From Lytechinus pictus (Eukaryota), in assembly GCF_037042905.1 (NCBI RefSeq), contig NC_087251.1, positions 27,282,001 through 27,346,000 on the forward strand: a DNA stretch of 64,000 bases, given 5' to 3'. Each line of letters begins with the position of its first letter. Within the stretch, counting starts at the first letter, position 1. Below the pieces are notes generated by a model. The model was not told where the DNA came from. It searched no databases and worked only from the letters and a program-made list of their open reading frames with translations. Both the position numbers and the translations under genes were made by a program. This document shows, in pieces, positions 26,271-37,661 of the stretch.

Positions 26271-26857
26271 AGGGGAATCCAACCCAAATAAAAAATTGTT
26301 TTTATAAGAAAAAAAAAATCAGACAAGTTGATAGGTGAAAGTTTGAACAATATTGGACTAACAACAAGAAAGTTATGAATTTTTAAAAGTTGTAAATATT
26401 GGTAATCACTATATTCATGGAGACTTCAAATTGGCCATATATGGGATGTCATAGTGATGTAAGGCAAGGACTAATCTTCCATGTACTCCAATACATATTA
26501 TGGCTAAATTGTCATTTTTCCAAAAAGTTGTATTTAAAATTATATTTTTCTTTCATGAGGACATAAAACAATATACTACCTGGGTTATATTTAGAGGAAT
26601 GGGGAATGGGTACTTAAGAGAAAACCACAAATCCCTGATAATAAAGTACATGGCCTATGGGAAAGTTGTCCTTGCCCCTTGTCATAATTTACTTACCCAG
26701 TTGCCAATTTGAAATCTACATATAATTAGTGATCTAATTTTAAAGCAGCTATAACTTTCTTATTGCTTGTCTGATTTCTTTCAAACTTTCACCATTCTGT
26801 TTAAATTATCTTTTTCCTTCCCAACACAACATTTTATGGCCAAGGCTGGATTCCCCT
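26271..26857. mobile_element. Kolobok-like MITE (TTAA TSD)
   Basis: TTAA|aggggaatcca ... tggattcccct|TTAA. Confidence 0.85.
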
Positions 26858-26892
26858 TTAATACATAAACATATCATATGTTTATGTATTAA

Positions 26893-27688
26893 AGGGGACA
26901 GTGATTTTCCGCGATCGCGGAAAACGGACGGAATTCACGGAAAGGGCCTTTTGAAACGGAAAGTGGCATTTCAAACGGAAAATCACGGAAAACGTATTTT
27001 CCCTCAAAATACACAGAATAGCAACAGAAATTACTCCAAAATCACAACAAAATGAGAATATTAAATGGCCACAAAACCCCAGAAAACACGATCTCACTTA
27101 GCTACTATCATGACAATTCACAAATCGTGACTGCACTCGACATCAGCACACTTGATTGTACCCCGCACCCGTATCCGGCCGGCCGGGTTGAGCTTCACAT
27201 GCACACATCGTTCAACTCCACGGTCGTGTGTTGCTGCCCTCTACGTTTGAAGATGTAACAGCACGATATCGTGGTCTTAAAATCCAAGATGGCGGATTGG
27301 CAAAAGCCGTTGACTGATGATAACAATGTCCAAAAAAACCCAAAATTATCGATGAAATATCATTTCACCGTGAAATAATGCTAATAATGTGAAAGGTGAG
27401 GATGTATGCATGCTAAATGGGTTTGTAAAAATATTTTATGCACCCGCATAGATCCAATTAGAACGGATTCTATTGTGTTGTTGGTACAGTAGCAGATACA
27501 AATTTTGACCAGTGCGAGTGTACGTGTTGTGATTTTGCTATTCAATGTGTAAACGGAATTGTCACTTTTCCGTGTGCACAAAAGTATATGGGGAAACGGA
27601 ATTTCCGTTTTCTGACATGCTGAAACGGAATTTGAGATTTTCTGAAACGGAAAAGTCAATTTTTGGAAACGGAAAATCACTGTCCCTA
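26893..27688. mobile_element. hAT-like element, copy 2, inverted relative to 18992-19777
   Basis: Reverse-complement near-identity over about 790 bp; mirrored track ORFs 19534..19872 and 26882..27097; CATATG at 26875-26880 and 27689-27694. Confidence 0.9.
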
Positions 27689-29212
27689 CATATGGTCATT
27701 GAGTCCCTGTACAGATCGAGTTAGAATTTCGGTCTCTGTAATTGGTGAGTGGAGCCAACGTAGTTCAGCGGAACAACCAATATAACAGAGACCAAAGCTT
27801 TTGGTCTAGCTCCGATCCGGAGCTTATGCCGTTACGGCCTAATTGCGGTCAAGAATCGCTGCTGGGATAACCCCCTTCGCTTCGGATTTAGATTTAGAAT
27901 CCAATGTCATGAATTATAGACTTAAAGTAATCAAGTATGAATGATTGTTTTGCTCACGTCTTAGGTCACATGATCATGGTAAAAGGTCATTTTGGGTCCA
28001 TGGACATAATATTTTATTATAATATTAGTGTTTTCTTTTGTGAATAATCAATAGCTGCTTTGAAAGTCAGCATTGCTGCTATATCAAATCGCGTAATGCA
28101 GGCGAGACTGCCAGAGGCGTTCCACTTGTTAAAATCTGATAATTAGAGTCTTATCCCGATATCATTGCAACCCCATATCATCAACTTAATCCATCTTGGC
28201 GATTGGCAATTTCCACTCATGATAGCCCAGATCACCCATAAAATTCTCAGAAACCTTATGCTTTGATGTGAATGATTCTTTTAAATGTCGGCTCATTGTA
28301 TATTGGTATCATTATTTGCACAAAGACATAAAATACAAAATTTAATTTGATCAACAATGAAGCAATGCCTGCCCTTTATTCACTCAAATAGTTGATGAAT
28401 ACAAACACATTCCATGTAGGTACTGGAAGTCCAGTGGTTGTAAAGAATGTGCAATGCAATGGGGGAAACAGAGTATCAATAGTCTCCTCGCAAAGCAATA
28501 TCCAAAAATACCTTGCTCATTGTTGTAGCACTTGGCAGTTGGCACACTTGCATGTAAGTGTGAGATATTTTGATTTGCAGCTGGTAATGCACCAATTTCA
28601 TTCATCTTTTTGATAATTCAGTGATTACTTTGAATTAGAACATTGTTGTAGATAATTTGATCTAAACACGTGTACAAATCTACACTTCACTTAGTTAAGC
28701 CTGCTGGCATGTAGGGCAGAAGTGAAGGATCTCCACTCCTGGCAATTATAGGCTTTTTCTGGACACTCCCCCAGGTTATGCTCATTGACTAAAAAAAATC
28801 CACAACTTCAGACAACTGTATTACAAACATGCTGTGTTTTTAGATGTTAAAGTGAGTGAACAAATGCTAAATGACAAAGGTACAAAAACGTTAAAAACCT
28901 CTTTATATTGAAGGATTCAGGAAAAAAAGAACAATATGTCCACATCTACTATAGATGCATGTGTCATCATTAATCTCATCTTCGTAATACAAAGTTTATT
29001 GATTGATTGTTGGTTATTGTGAAAGTGGTAAATACGTGTACATTCAAGGGCTGGATAAAAATTTTCATGAAGTGGTGGGGGGATATAAATTTCTATCAAA
29101 CTTGGTGAGAAATAAATAAATAAGAAGGAAAAAAAATCTTTTAAAAAGGGAAGGAGATATGCAATTTACAATTTTGTGCATGTTGAAAAGTGAAATGAAT
29201 TATGTTTTGTAT

Positions 29213-30108
29213 GGCCAGTATTCTGAAGTCAGGTTTAATTTAAACTCTGAATTTAAGTTGTGGTTTAACTATGGAATGCCAGTTGTTACATAAATCTCTA
29301 ATAGTAGAGGTTCAATGTATCAGCTCATTTGACTCTCAAAACATTTACTGCCTGGGAAGGATAAGTATAACAGTTGTCTTCACCATTAAAGAATCTGTAA
29401 AGAGCACAGTAAACATGAGAAGCATTCACTGTAATGAATATTTTGAAACGTTTGGCTTCCCTTAATTTTAGCACAGAGTTAGACCATGGTCTAAGTTAAA
29501 GGAGAATGAAACTCTTGGAGCAAGTTAGCTTTTGTGAAAGCAGAAAAATCAAAGAATAAGATCAACAAAACTTTGAGTAAAATAGGACTAGCAATAAAAG
29601 AGTTATGAGCATTTGAATGTCGAGATCACTAATGCTATGGAGATCCTCCCATTGGCAATGCGACCAAGATCTGTGATGTCACACACGTACAACTCTCCCA
29701 TTCGGACACTGAAAATATACCCCAAAACATCTCTTTTTGCTCATTCTAATCATATGACAAACAATTCATCAATGATATAATGTTGTGAAACCTCTGTACT
29801 TGTCATCTCATAAAGAAAACACCTAACCTTGTGATAGACTCTATAAAAGTGAGAATATAAGTGAAATAAGTACTAAAGTAATGAGGGAGTTGTACGTGTG
29901 TGATATCACAGATCTTGGTCGCATTGCCGATGGGAGGATCTACATGGCACTAGTGATCTCAATATTCAAATGCTCATAACTTTCTTATTATTCATTCAAT
30001 CTTCCTCAAACTTTCAACAATATGTTTCTTTGATTTTTCTCTTTGATATGGATTCAGCTAGTTTCAAGGGTTTCATTCTCCTTTAAACCCGACTTCAGAA
30101 TTCGGGCC
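29213..30108. mobile_element. Harbinger-like MITE interrupted by a TTAA element
   Basis: ggccagtattctgaagtcaggtttaa ... ttaaacccgacttcagaattcgggcc. Confidence 0.75.
29500..30082. mobile_element. Kolobok-like MITE (TTAA TSD), long palindromic arms
   Basis: TTAA|aggagaatgaaac ... gtttcattctcct|TTAA. Confidence 0.88.
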
Positions 30109-31639
30109 TCTATGAATTTTAAGTTTGTTTTAGATTGTGATAAATCAAGATACAGTACCATGTATACTCATGTTAAGTATTGATGAAGCTTGATGCATTA
30201 AGTATGTTAAAGATTAAAAATATGAAATAAATTTCAAATGTAAATAATTAAATTAAATATGGATAAAAGAAATAGCCCATGAAAATATTTTATACTTTTC
30301 TCCTTGAACAGTACTTTCAAGCCTTAAAAACTGGTATAGTTTGTTATTAAAGACCATCGTTTATTCTATGCTTTTATCCATCAGTGATGTTTTCAAAAGT
30401 AGATCCCTTTTTAATAGAGTCACACATGTCACCAGAAGGCGAATTGCAGATCAACCCCGATTCTATCAAAATCTATTTGCTATTAAAAAAAAACAATATT
30501 CAAATCATTTTCTCAGAATAAATGTACATCTCCTTGTGAATTCCATACTCATGAAATTGGATTATGGAATGGAATTATAGGGTGTTAACAGTAATGTCTT
30601 TTCTTATTGCAGTGTCATAAAATGTTTTTTTTCCTTTGCAAGGGATATTCCCTACTTTCAAAACTCATTATTCAGTGTCAATATTTTCCAGCCATAATAT
30701 GAGAACCCTTGGCTCAATCCTCATTTGTCTTCCTTCCTCTTATTTTTCCTGGGCTCTTGTGAATTTTGCAAAATTAGTTTTGTTCACACCTAAATGAGGC
30801 TCCAAGTAGCATCAAAGGCATGATTTTTCAAAGTTAAGTTCCTCCTTATTCAGCCTGGTTTTGATAAAATAAAAAGGATGAGAGAAAGTATGATGAAAAT
30901 CTATAAAGAATATTAAAACAGAATTAGGCATTTTTATCTTATGATTTCATATGGCAGCATCTCTCCATACATGTTTTGTATTTAAAAAAATTGCCATAAA
31001 TTCTTGGAAAATCTTTTAAATTTTTTTCTTTTGCATTCATTGTTTAATCAGACACATAATTGAAAAAAAGATCCTCATAAAGACCATCAAAAATGGAAAT
31101 TAATGGAATTTATACTTTGTAAATGACTTCACAAAATGAAGACTGTAAAATCTGCATATGCCTTGTTACAATTTTTTGGCCAAACCTTCATTTATGTATT
31201 TTATTTTCTGCTTTTATCCAAATCAAGATGCCAGGGTGAACTTCTCTTTCAATTGATTGCCCCACATTCTATGCCAATTTATCATCATGCATGCTGACAA
31301 ATGTAGCGCAATATGTGTGTTGACTGTATGTGCATGAAACTGCAAAGAGCCACTCTTTTCCTATTAATTTTATATGATGAATCAATTGAGATGAAGTCTG
31401 GCTGCTATTCAGTGACAGATATGGTGTCCTTGTCCGTGTTATGAATCTTTTATTGTGTGTTCCTAAAACCAGCGGAAATTGCACAAAAGACAATACTTTG
31501 TGATAAAGTATAGCATACTGTAAGGGAGTGGGGTCTGTTGAGAAGAATTATTAAAGTCATACTTGTCATTGTCAAATTCTTGTAAATCCATTGACCACTG
31601 TATTCTTTAATATAGGTTTTGTTCAGGGATAGGTTTAAA

Positions 31640-31740
31640 ATGTTTTTTGATCAAGAAACACTCCTTGTGTCATGGCTGGGATTTGAACCAATGACTCTCT
31701 GATTGAAAGATGGGAATCAGAACCCCTACAACGCAACACC
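31640..31740 (-). mobile_element. tRNA-derived SINE 5' fragment
   Basis: Reverse complement of the head seen at 35811 (tctttcaatcagag...ggttcaaatcccagccatg). Confidence 0.65.
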
Positions 31741-31823
31741 TCACAATTGCCTCACAATCAATCAATCAGTCAGTCAGTCACTTTAATAGTCAATCAGTAT
31801 TACTAGTAATTTATAAGGGAAGT

Positions 31824-34800
31824 GGTCATTGCATTGACGCCCAACGGCGACAATGCATTGTTCTTGTTCCGTATTCCTATTCCGTCGTCTTCTTCTTCTT
31901 TGCATTGACGCCCAATGGCGACAATGCATTGTTCTTGTTCCGTATTCCTATTCCGTCGTCTTCTTCTTCTTCTTCTTCCACCAAATCCCATTTGTTTAAC
32001 ACATGGTTTTTGTTAGCTCTACCCTGGCTCCGTCCCTCATCCAAATTCATCCAAACTTTGTAGACATGTCGTCAATCATCCCTAGTTGTGCACCTCGTCT
32101 TCCATTTTCCAAAATCACTCATGCATGACCATCCAGGCGCCATTTTGTAAATTTCAAGTCCATTTGCATACCATTACTAATATCGTCCTAACTCCCGCAT
32201 CCTGCATGTTACAGACTTCTAACAAATTGCTATAGATAGTCAAAGAGTTGCTCCATCATTTGCGACGTATAACCTGACCTTCGAAATGCCATCTTCATGC
32301 CCTAAATTCAAATCCGAAATAGCCTTCCTTCAAAAACTTCATATTTATTGAAACGTAAAGTCAAATAATCGTAAAATGGCCATAACTTTCTTGTTTTTAT
32401 TCAATTCGAGTTGATATTTTCAGGAATTGATACTGGCAACATATCATACATACGACTTAGTTTTCACGCATCATCGACCTTCCGGCATTGAAATAGCGCC
32501 CTCTAAAGTTTCAAAAACGCTTATCTTTGAATGCTCCTCATTGCGTTCTGCATGGCCAAACCCGTACCCTTTTTTAGATTTAGGGTGTTCAAGATATGCC
32601 CATTCATGCCATTTAGAAAAATATATACCTTACAGCTGACGAAATATCTGAAAAATGCCCCCGAAAATCAGCAAAATACGCAAAAATGCACTATAATGCC
32701 AGCACAACTTCAACTTGCTCTTATTTCCTTATTATTGAAGCTTATCCTTTCTAACTTGGCAGATATGAGTATTGATATATACTTCAACCGTTCGTCAACC
32801 TTTTGTGACAGAAACTGACATAGAGCTCACGTCAGCTTAAAATTATTGTGCAAAACTGTCATTTTTAATGTCTTTCTTTATATGGCATTTACTTCCGGTC
32901 TATTGCTTGCGCAAAAATAAAAGTGGTATCAATGTCACCGCATTGGAATGCCCTATCCAGTGATACCAAATACGACATAGGTTACAACAGAAAATTTCAA
33001 GATAAGCCAATCTGAACACATGGTTTACTACTCACAGTGCACACATTATCAACAACAGAATTGTACACAATGTCTATGGCATAACGTATTATGCATGCAC
33101 ATCGTTCTGCTATGTACTTTACACTGAGTTACGTTAATGAACTGTCAGGGAAATGTGTATGCGTATTCATATTACTCTCTGTGTCTTTCTCTCCCTTCTC
33201 TCTCTTTTTTTTGAGCGGCCATATGGTCTAAAAATGGCCCAATGGACGAAATCCTTTTGACTTGAGAATGTAACTTCCTATGGAGGGCAAAATGTACCAA
33301 AATCCACTTTGATTAACATGTAATTTTTTTTAGTCTTCCCCTGCCTCCGCTCCTCATCCAAATTCATTCCGATTTGGTAGACATGTTGTCCATGATGCAT
33401 TATTGTGTACCTCTTATTTCATTTTCTAAAATCATTCATGCATGACAGTGCATGCACCATTTTGAGTGAGTGACATCATCATCTCTCTCATTTGGATGTA
33501 ACTGGCTCGTTCATATAACTCTTTTGTTAAAAATAAGCGAAACTTTGAAATGTCATAACTTTCTTTTTTTACATCCGATTTTGATGAAATTTTCAGCTTT
33601 GTGCTTGTCTGAATTTTCCCTATTGATTCAAATCAACATTTTCTGAGGTGGAGTTGACCTTTCAATCAGACGCGTCAATGCATGCACATCGTTCTGAAAC
33701 GATTGCAGTTCTAGTCTTCTTCTTCTTCTTCTTCTTCTTCTTCCACAAAATCCCATTTGTTTAACACATGGTGTTTGTTAGCTCTGCCCTTGCTCCGTCC
33801 CTCATCCAAATTCATCCAAACTTGGTAGACATGTTGTCCAGCATCCCTAGTTGTGCCCCTCGTCTTCCTTTTTTCAAAATCACTCATGCATGACCATCTA
33901 GGTGCCATTTTGTAAATTTCAAGTCCATTTGCATACCATTACTAATCTCGTCCTAACTCCCGCATCCTGCATTCTACAGACTTCTAACAAATTGCTATAG
34001 ATAGTCAAAGAGTTGCCCCATCATTTGCGACGTATAACCTGACCTTTAAAATGCCATCTTCATGCCCTAAATTCAAATCCGAAATAGCCTTCCTTCAAAA
34101 ACGTCATATTTATTGAAATGTAAAGTCAAAAAATCGTAAAATGGCCATAACTTTCTTGTTTTTATTCATTTCGAGCTCATATTTTCAGGAATTGATACTG
34201 GTACTATATCATACATAGGAAGTAGTTTTCACGCATCACTAAATTTCCGTTACTGAAAAAGCGCCCTCTAAAGTTTCAAAAACGCTTATCTTTGAATGCT
34301 CCTCATTGCGTCATGCATGGCCAAACCCGTACCCTTTTTTAGATTTAGGGTGTTCAAGATATGCCCTTTCATGCCATTTAGAAAAAAATATACCTTACCA
34401 CTGACCAAATATCTGAAAAATGCTCCCGAAAATCAGCAAAATACGCAAAAATGCACTATAATGCCAGCACAACTTGAACTTGCTCTTATTTCCTTATTAT
34501 TGAAGTTTATCCTTTCTAACTTGGCAGATATGAGTATTGATATATACTTTAACCGTTCGTCAACCTTTTGTGACAGAAACTGACATAGAGCTCACGTCAG
34601 CTTAAAATTATTGTGAAAAACTTTCATTTTTAATGTCTTTCTTTATATGGCATTTACTTCCGGTTTATTGCTTGCGCACAAATAAAAGGGGTATCAATGT
34701 CACCGCATTGGAATGCTCTTTCTACTGATACCAAATACGACATAGGTTACAACAGAAAATTTCAAGATAAGCCAATCTGAACACATGGTATACTGCTCAC

Positions 34801-35484
34801 AATGCACACATAATCAACAACAGAATTGTACACAATGTCAATGGCATAACGTATTATGCATGCACATCGTTCTGCTATGTACTTTACACTGAGTTACGTT
34901 AATGAACTGTCAGGGAAATGTGTATGCTTATTCATATAAATCTCTCTGTGTCTTTCTCTCCCTTCTCTCTCTTTTTTTTGAGCGGCCATATGGTCTAAGA
35001 ATGGCCCAATGGACGATATACTTTTGACTTGAGAATGTAACTTCCTATGGAGGGCACAATGTACCAAAATCCACTTTGATTAACATGCAATTTTTGTTAG
35101 TCCTCCCCTGCCTCCGCTCCTCATCCAAATTCATTCCGATTTGGTAGACATGTTGTCCATGATGCATTATTGTGTACCTCTTATTTCATTTTCTAAAATC
35201 ATTCATGGATGACAGTTCATGCACCATTTTGAGTGAGTGACATCATCATCTCTCTCATTTGGATGTAACTGGCTCGTTCATATAACTCTTTTGTTAAAAA
35301 TAAGCGAAACTTTGAAATGTCATAACTTTCTTTTTTTACATCCGATTTTGATGAAATTTTCAGCATTCTGCTTGTCTGATTTTTCCCTATTGATTCAAAT
35401 CAAGATTTTTCTGAGGTGGACTTGACCTTTCAATCAGACGCGTCAATGCATGCACATCGTTCGGAAACGATTGCAGTTCTAGTT
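31824..35484 (+). mobile_element. Non-autonomous Helentron/HINE-like element in tandem duplication (1768-bp unit)
   Basis: 5' subTIR tgcattgacgc with local hairpin and (TTC)n. 3' subTIR gcgtcaatgca, hairpin atcgtt-N4-aacgat and CTAGT at 33711 and again at 35479. Duplicated ORFs 32531 and 34296. Confidence 0.8.
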
Positions 35485-35810
35485 CACTATTAGTATTATC
35501 TGATGAGATCTCTTTCTTATATTTCAAGTGAACTTTGCACCAGATGTATATTTCCTTTTGAAAATCATATTTTCAGGAAGTGTATTAATGTCCCTTTCCT
35601 ACTTAAATGCACTTCCCTTCTCCAGCTTCATCTTTAAAGTGCCTGTATAAATTGAATCATTTTCAATGTGGAAGAGGATGCAAATTATCACCTTTTGGTT
35701 TCAGTGCATGAGCCAAACTATCACTTCCTCAGCAATCTGAATAAAGATGCTCTTTGGTGATCTTTCAGCTGCTTTGCTGAGATAGCTCACCTTCGAAATG
35801 ATACTCGTTT

Positions 35811-36080
35811 GGGTGTCATGGTGTAGTGACTACGACTCTTGTCTTTCAATCAGAGGGAAGTGGGTTCCAATCCCAGCCATGGCATGTTTTCCTTGTTTTC
35901 CTTGAACAAGAAATTTACCCACACTGTGCTGCACTTGACCCAGGTGAGGTGAATGGGTACCCGGCAGGATTTATTTCTCGACGCTTTAGTGCCAAATGGC
36001 TGGGGTAATGATGTGACACAAAGGATCAAAATGCAGTTGAGTTGATGTATCTGCACTTTATAAATGGGCATATGTTTATA
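35811..36080 (+). mobile_element. tRNA-derived SINE
   Basis: A box tggtgtagtg, B box ggttccaatccc; core gacccaggtgaggtgaatgggtacc shared with the 37365 copy. Confidence 0.8.
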
Positions 36081-37364
36081 ATTTATCCTATCATTTTCAT
36101 GTTGTTATTTGCCAACTACACTATGTAGTATGAATAATTTCAGTATATGTATTGAATTTTATTGCTGAATAAACCATTCATTGCAGAGAATTGAATTGAA
36201 AATTTATTGTTTATACGCCAGGCTGTACATGTAGCTACTAAGGGTGACTTGCCCCCAATTATGCATATAAAGTTGTGGCAGAGGGGCTACATATATGAAG
36301 AAAAACCTCCTTTGGTTCCTTACATAAAAACCAATGATGATAATTTTTCCATTCATATACATATTTAAAAAGATATGGTAGTAAAAATGAATTATGATAT
36401 TCAGAATTTAACAAAAAGTCCTAATTTTGATTTTTTAATGATTTCTTTTTTTCTTGGGGGGGGGGGGCTTTCATTACATTTCCAATGAGAGTGTGTGACG
36501 ATTGTCTTAAGTTACATTTATGTATTCAGGGACAGCAGAACATAGTGCATTGGAAATGTTATGTAAAAAAAAAAATCTGCAAAAGAAGCTCATATTATAA
36601 AAAATATTGATAGAATTCTTTAACATTAACCCATAGGAATACACAATTTGTGTATTCCTATGGATTAATGTTGAATAATTCTATAGATATTTTTTATTCT
36701 GAATTTAACCCCCCGCATAAAAAAAGATAATATAATAACAGTTATGAGCCTAAAATTAAAGCTTGAATGTAATATGCCTGTCAGTACATGCAGCTTCATG
36801 ATACGATAAAGCTGGAATGCTCATTCAATCCAATCCTACCCTGAATGTATACACTTCTCTGTCAGGCATGACATCATATATCCAACCTTTTCCACCCGCT
36901 CCATACTCGCCGCTGCCAATGATGAGTACGGTTCATGTGTATGCATATGTACAGTACACCGGAATCTGGTGGCACTGTGCACTGCAATATTGCTTTTTGG
37001 CAAGGGTTAATTTGGCAGCCGATATCAACCCAGACATGGGCATCGGTGTGCATAATAAGATCTGCACACTGTTGTACATCAGGAATGCATGGACCCACAT
37101 GTAGCTTCCAAATATTTCAGAGACCATTGTCAAACGATTTCCATCAAATTTTACTGTAATTCCATAAATTCAAATCAGTCCAAAATGCATAATAAAGAAT
37201 TGTCAAGTGTTGGATACAGTATGTCTGATAAATGTGTATGTATATTATATTTGTTGTACTGGTTATGTTTTTTGTTTACTTTGTATTGATATTGTAAATT
37301 GACCCATTCAGCCCTGCTTCTGGTCAATATTTGCACATATACAAATAACTAATATGCTATCGTT

Positions 37365-37661
37365 GGTGCGTTGTGGCCCAGTGGATTAGTCTCCGGACTT
37401 TGAAACAGAGGGTCGTGGGTTCAAATCCCAGCCATGGCGTAGTTTCCTTCAGCAAGAAATTTATCCACATTGTGCTGCACTTGACCCAGGTGAGGTGAAT
37501 GGGTACCTGGTAGGATTTTTCCTTGAAAGCTTTAGCGCCTATTAATATGGCGGCTTAGCTACAGCCGGGGTAATAATATGATACCAAGTATCAAAGCGCA
37601 GTTGAGTATATGGACATAGTAACTTCGCTATATAAATGGACATATTATTATTATTATTATT
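37365..37661 (+). mobile_element. tRNA-derived SINE, full length
   Basis: A box tggcccagtgg, B box ggttcaaatccc, conserved core, (ATT)n tail. Confidence 0.88.

Noticed and set aside
32531..34583. Duplicated 95-aa ORFs
   Set aside because: They lie inside the duplicated Helentron-like unit and have no recognisable domain.
35811..37440. tRNA-like sequences (also near 12150, 25620, 31700, 51020)
   Set aside because: A/B boxes without a complete cloverleaf, mostly continuing into SINE bodies; not tRNA genes.
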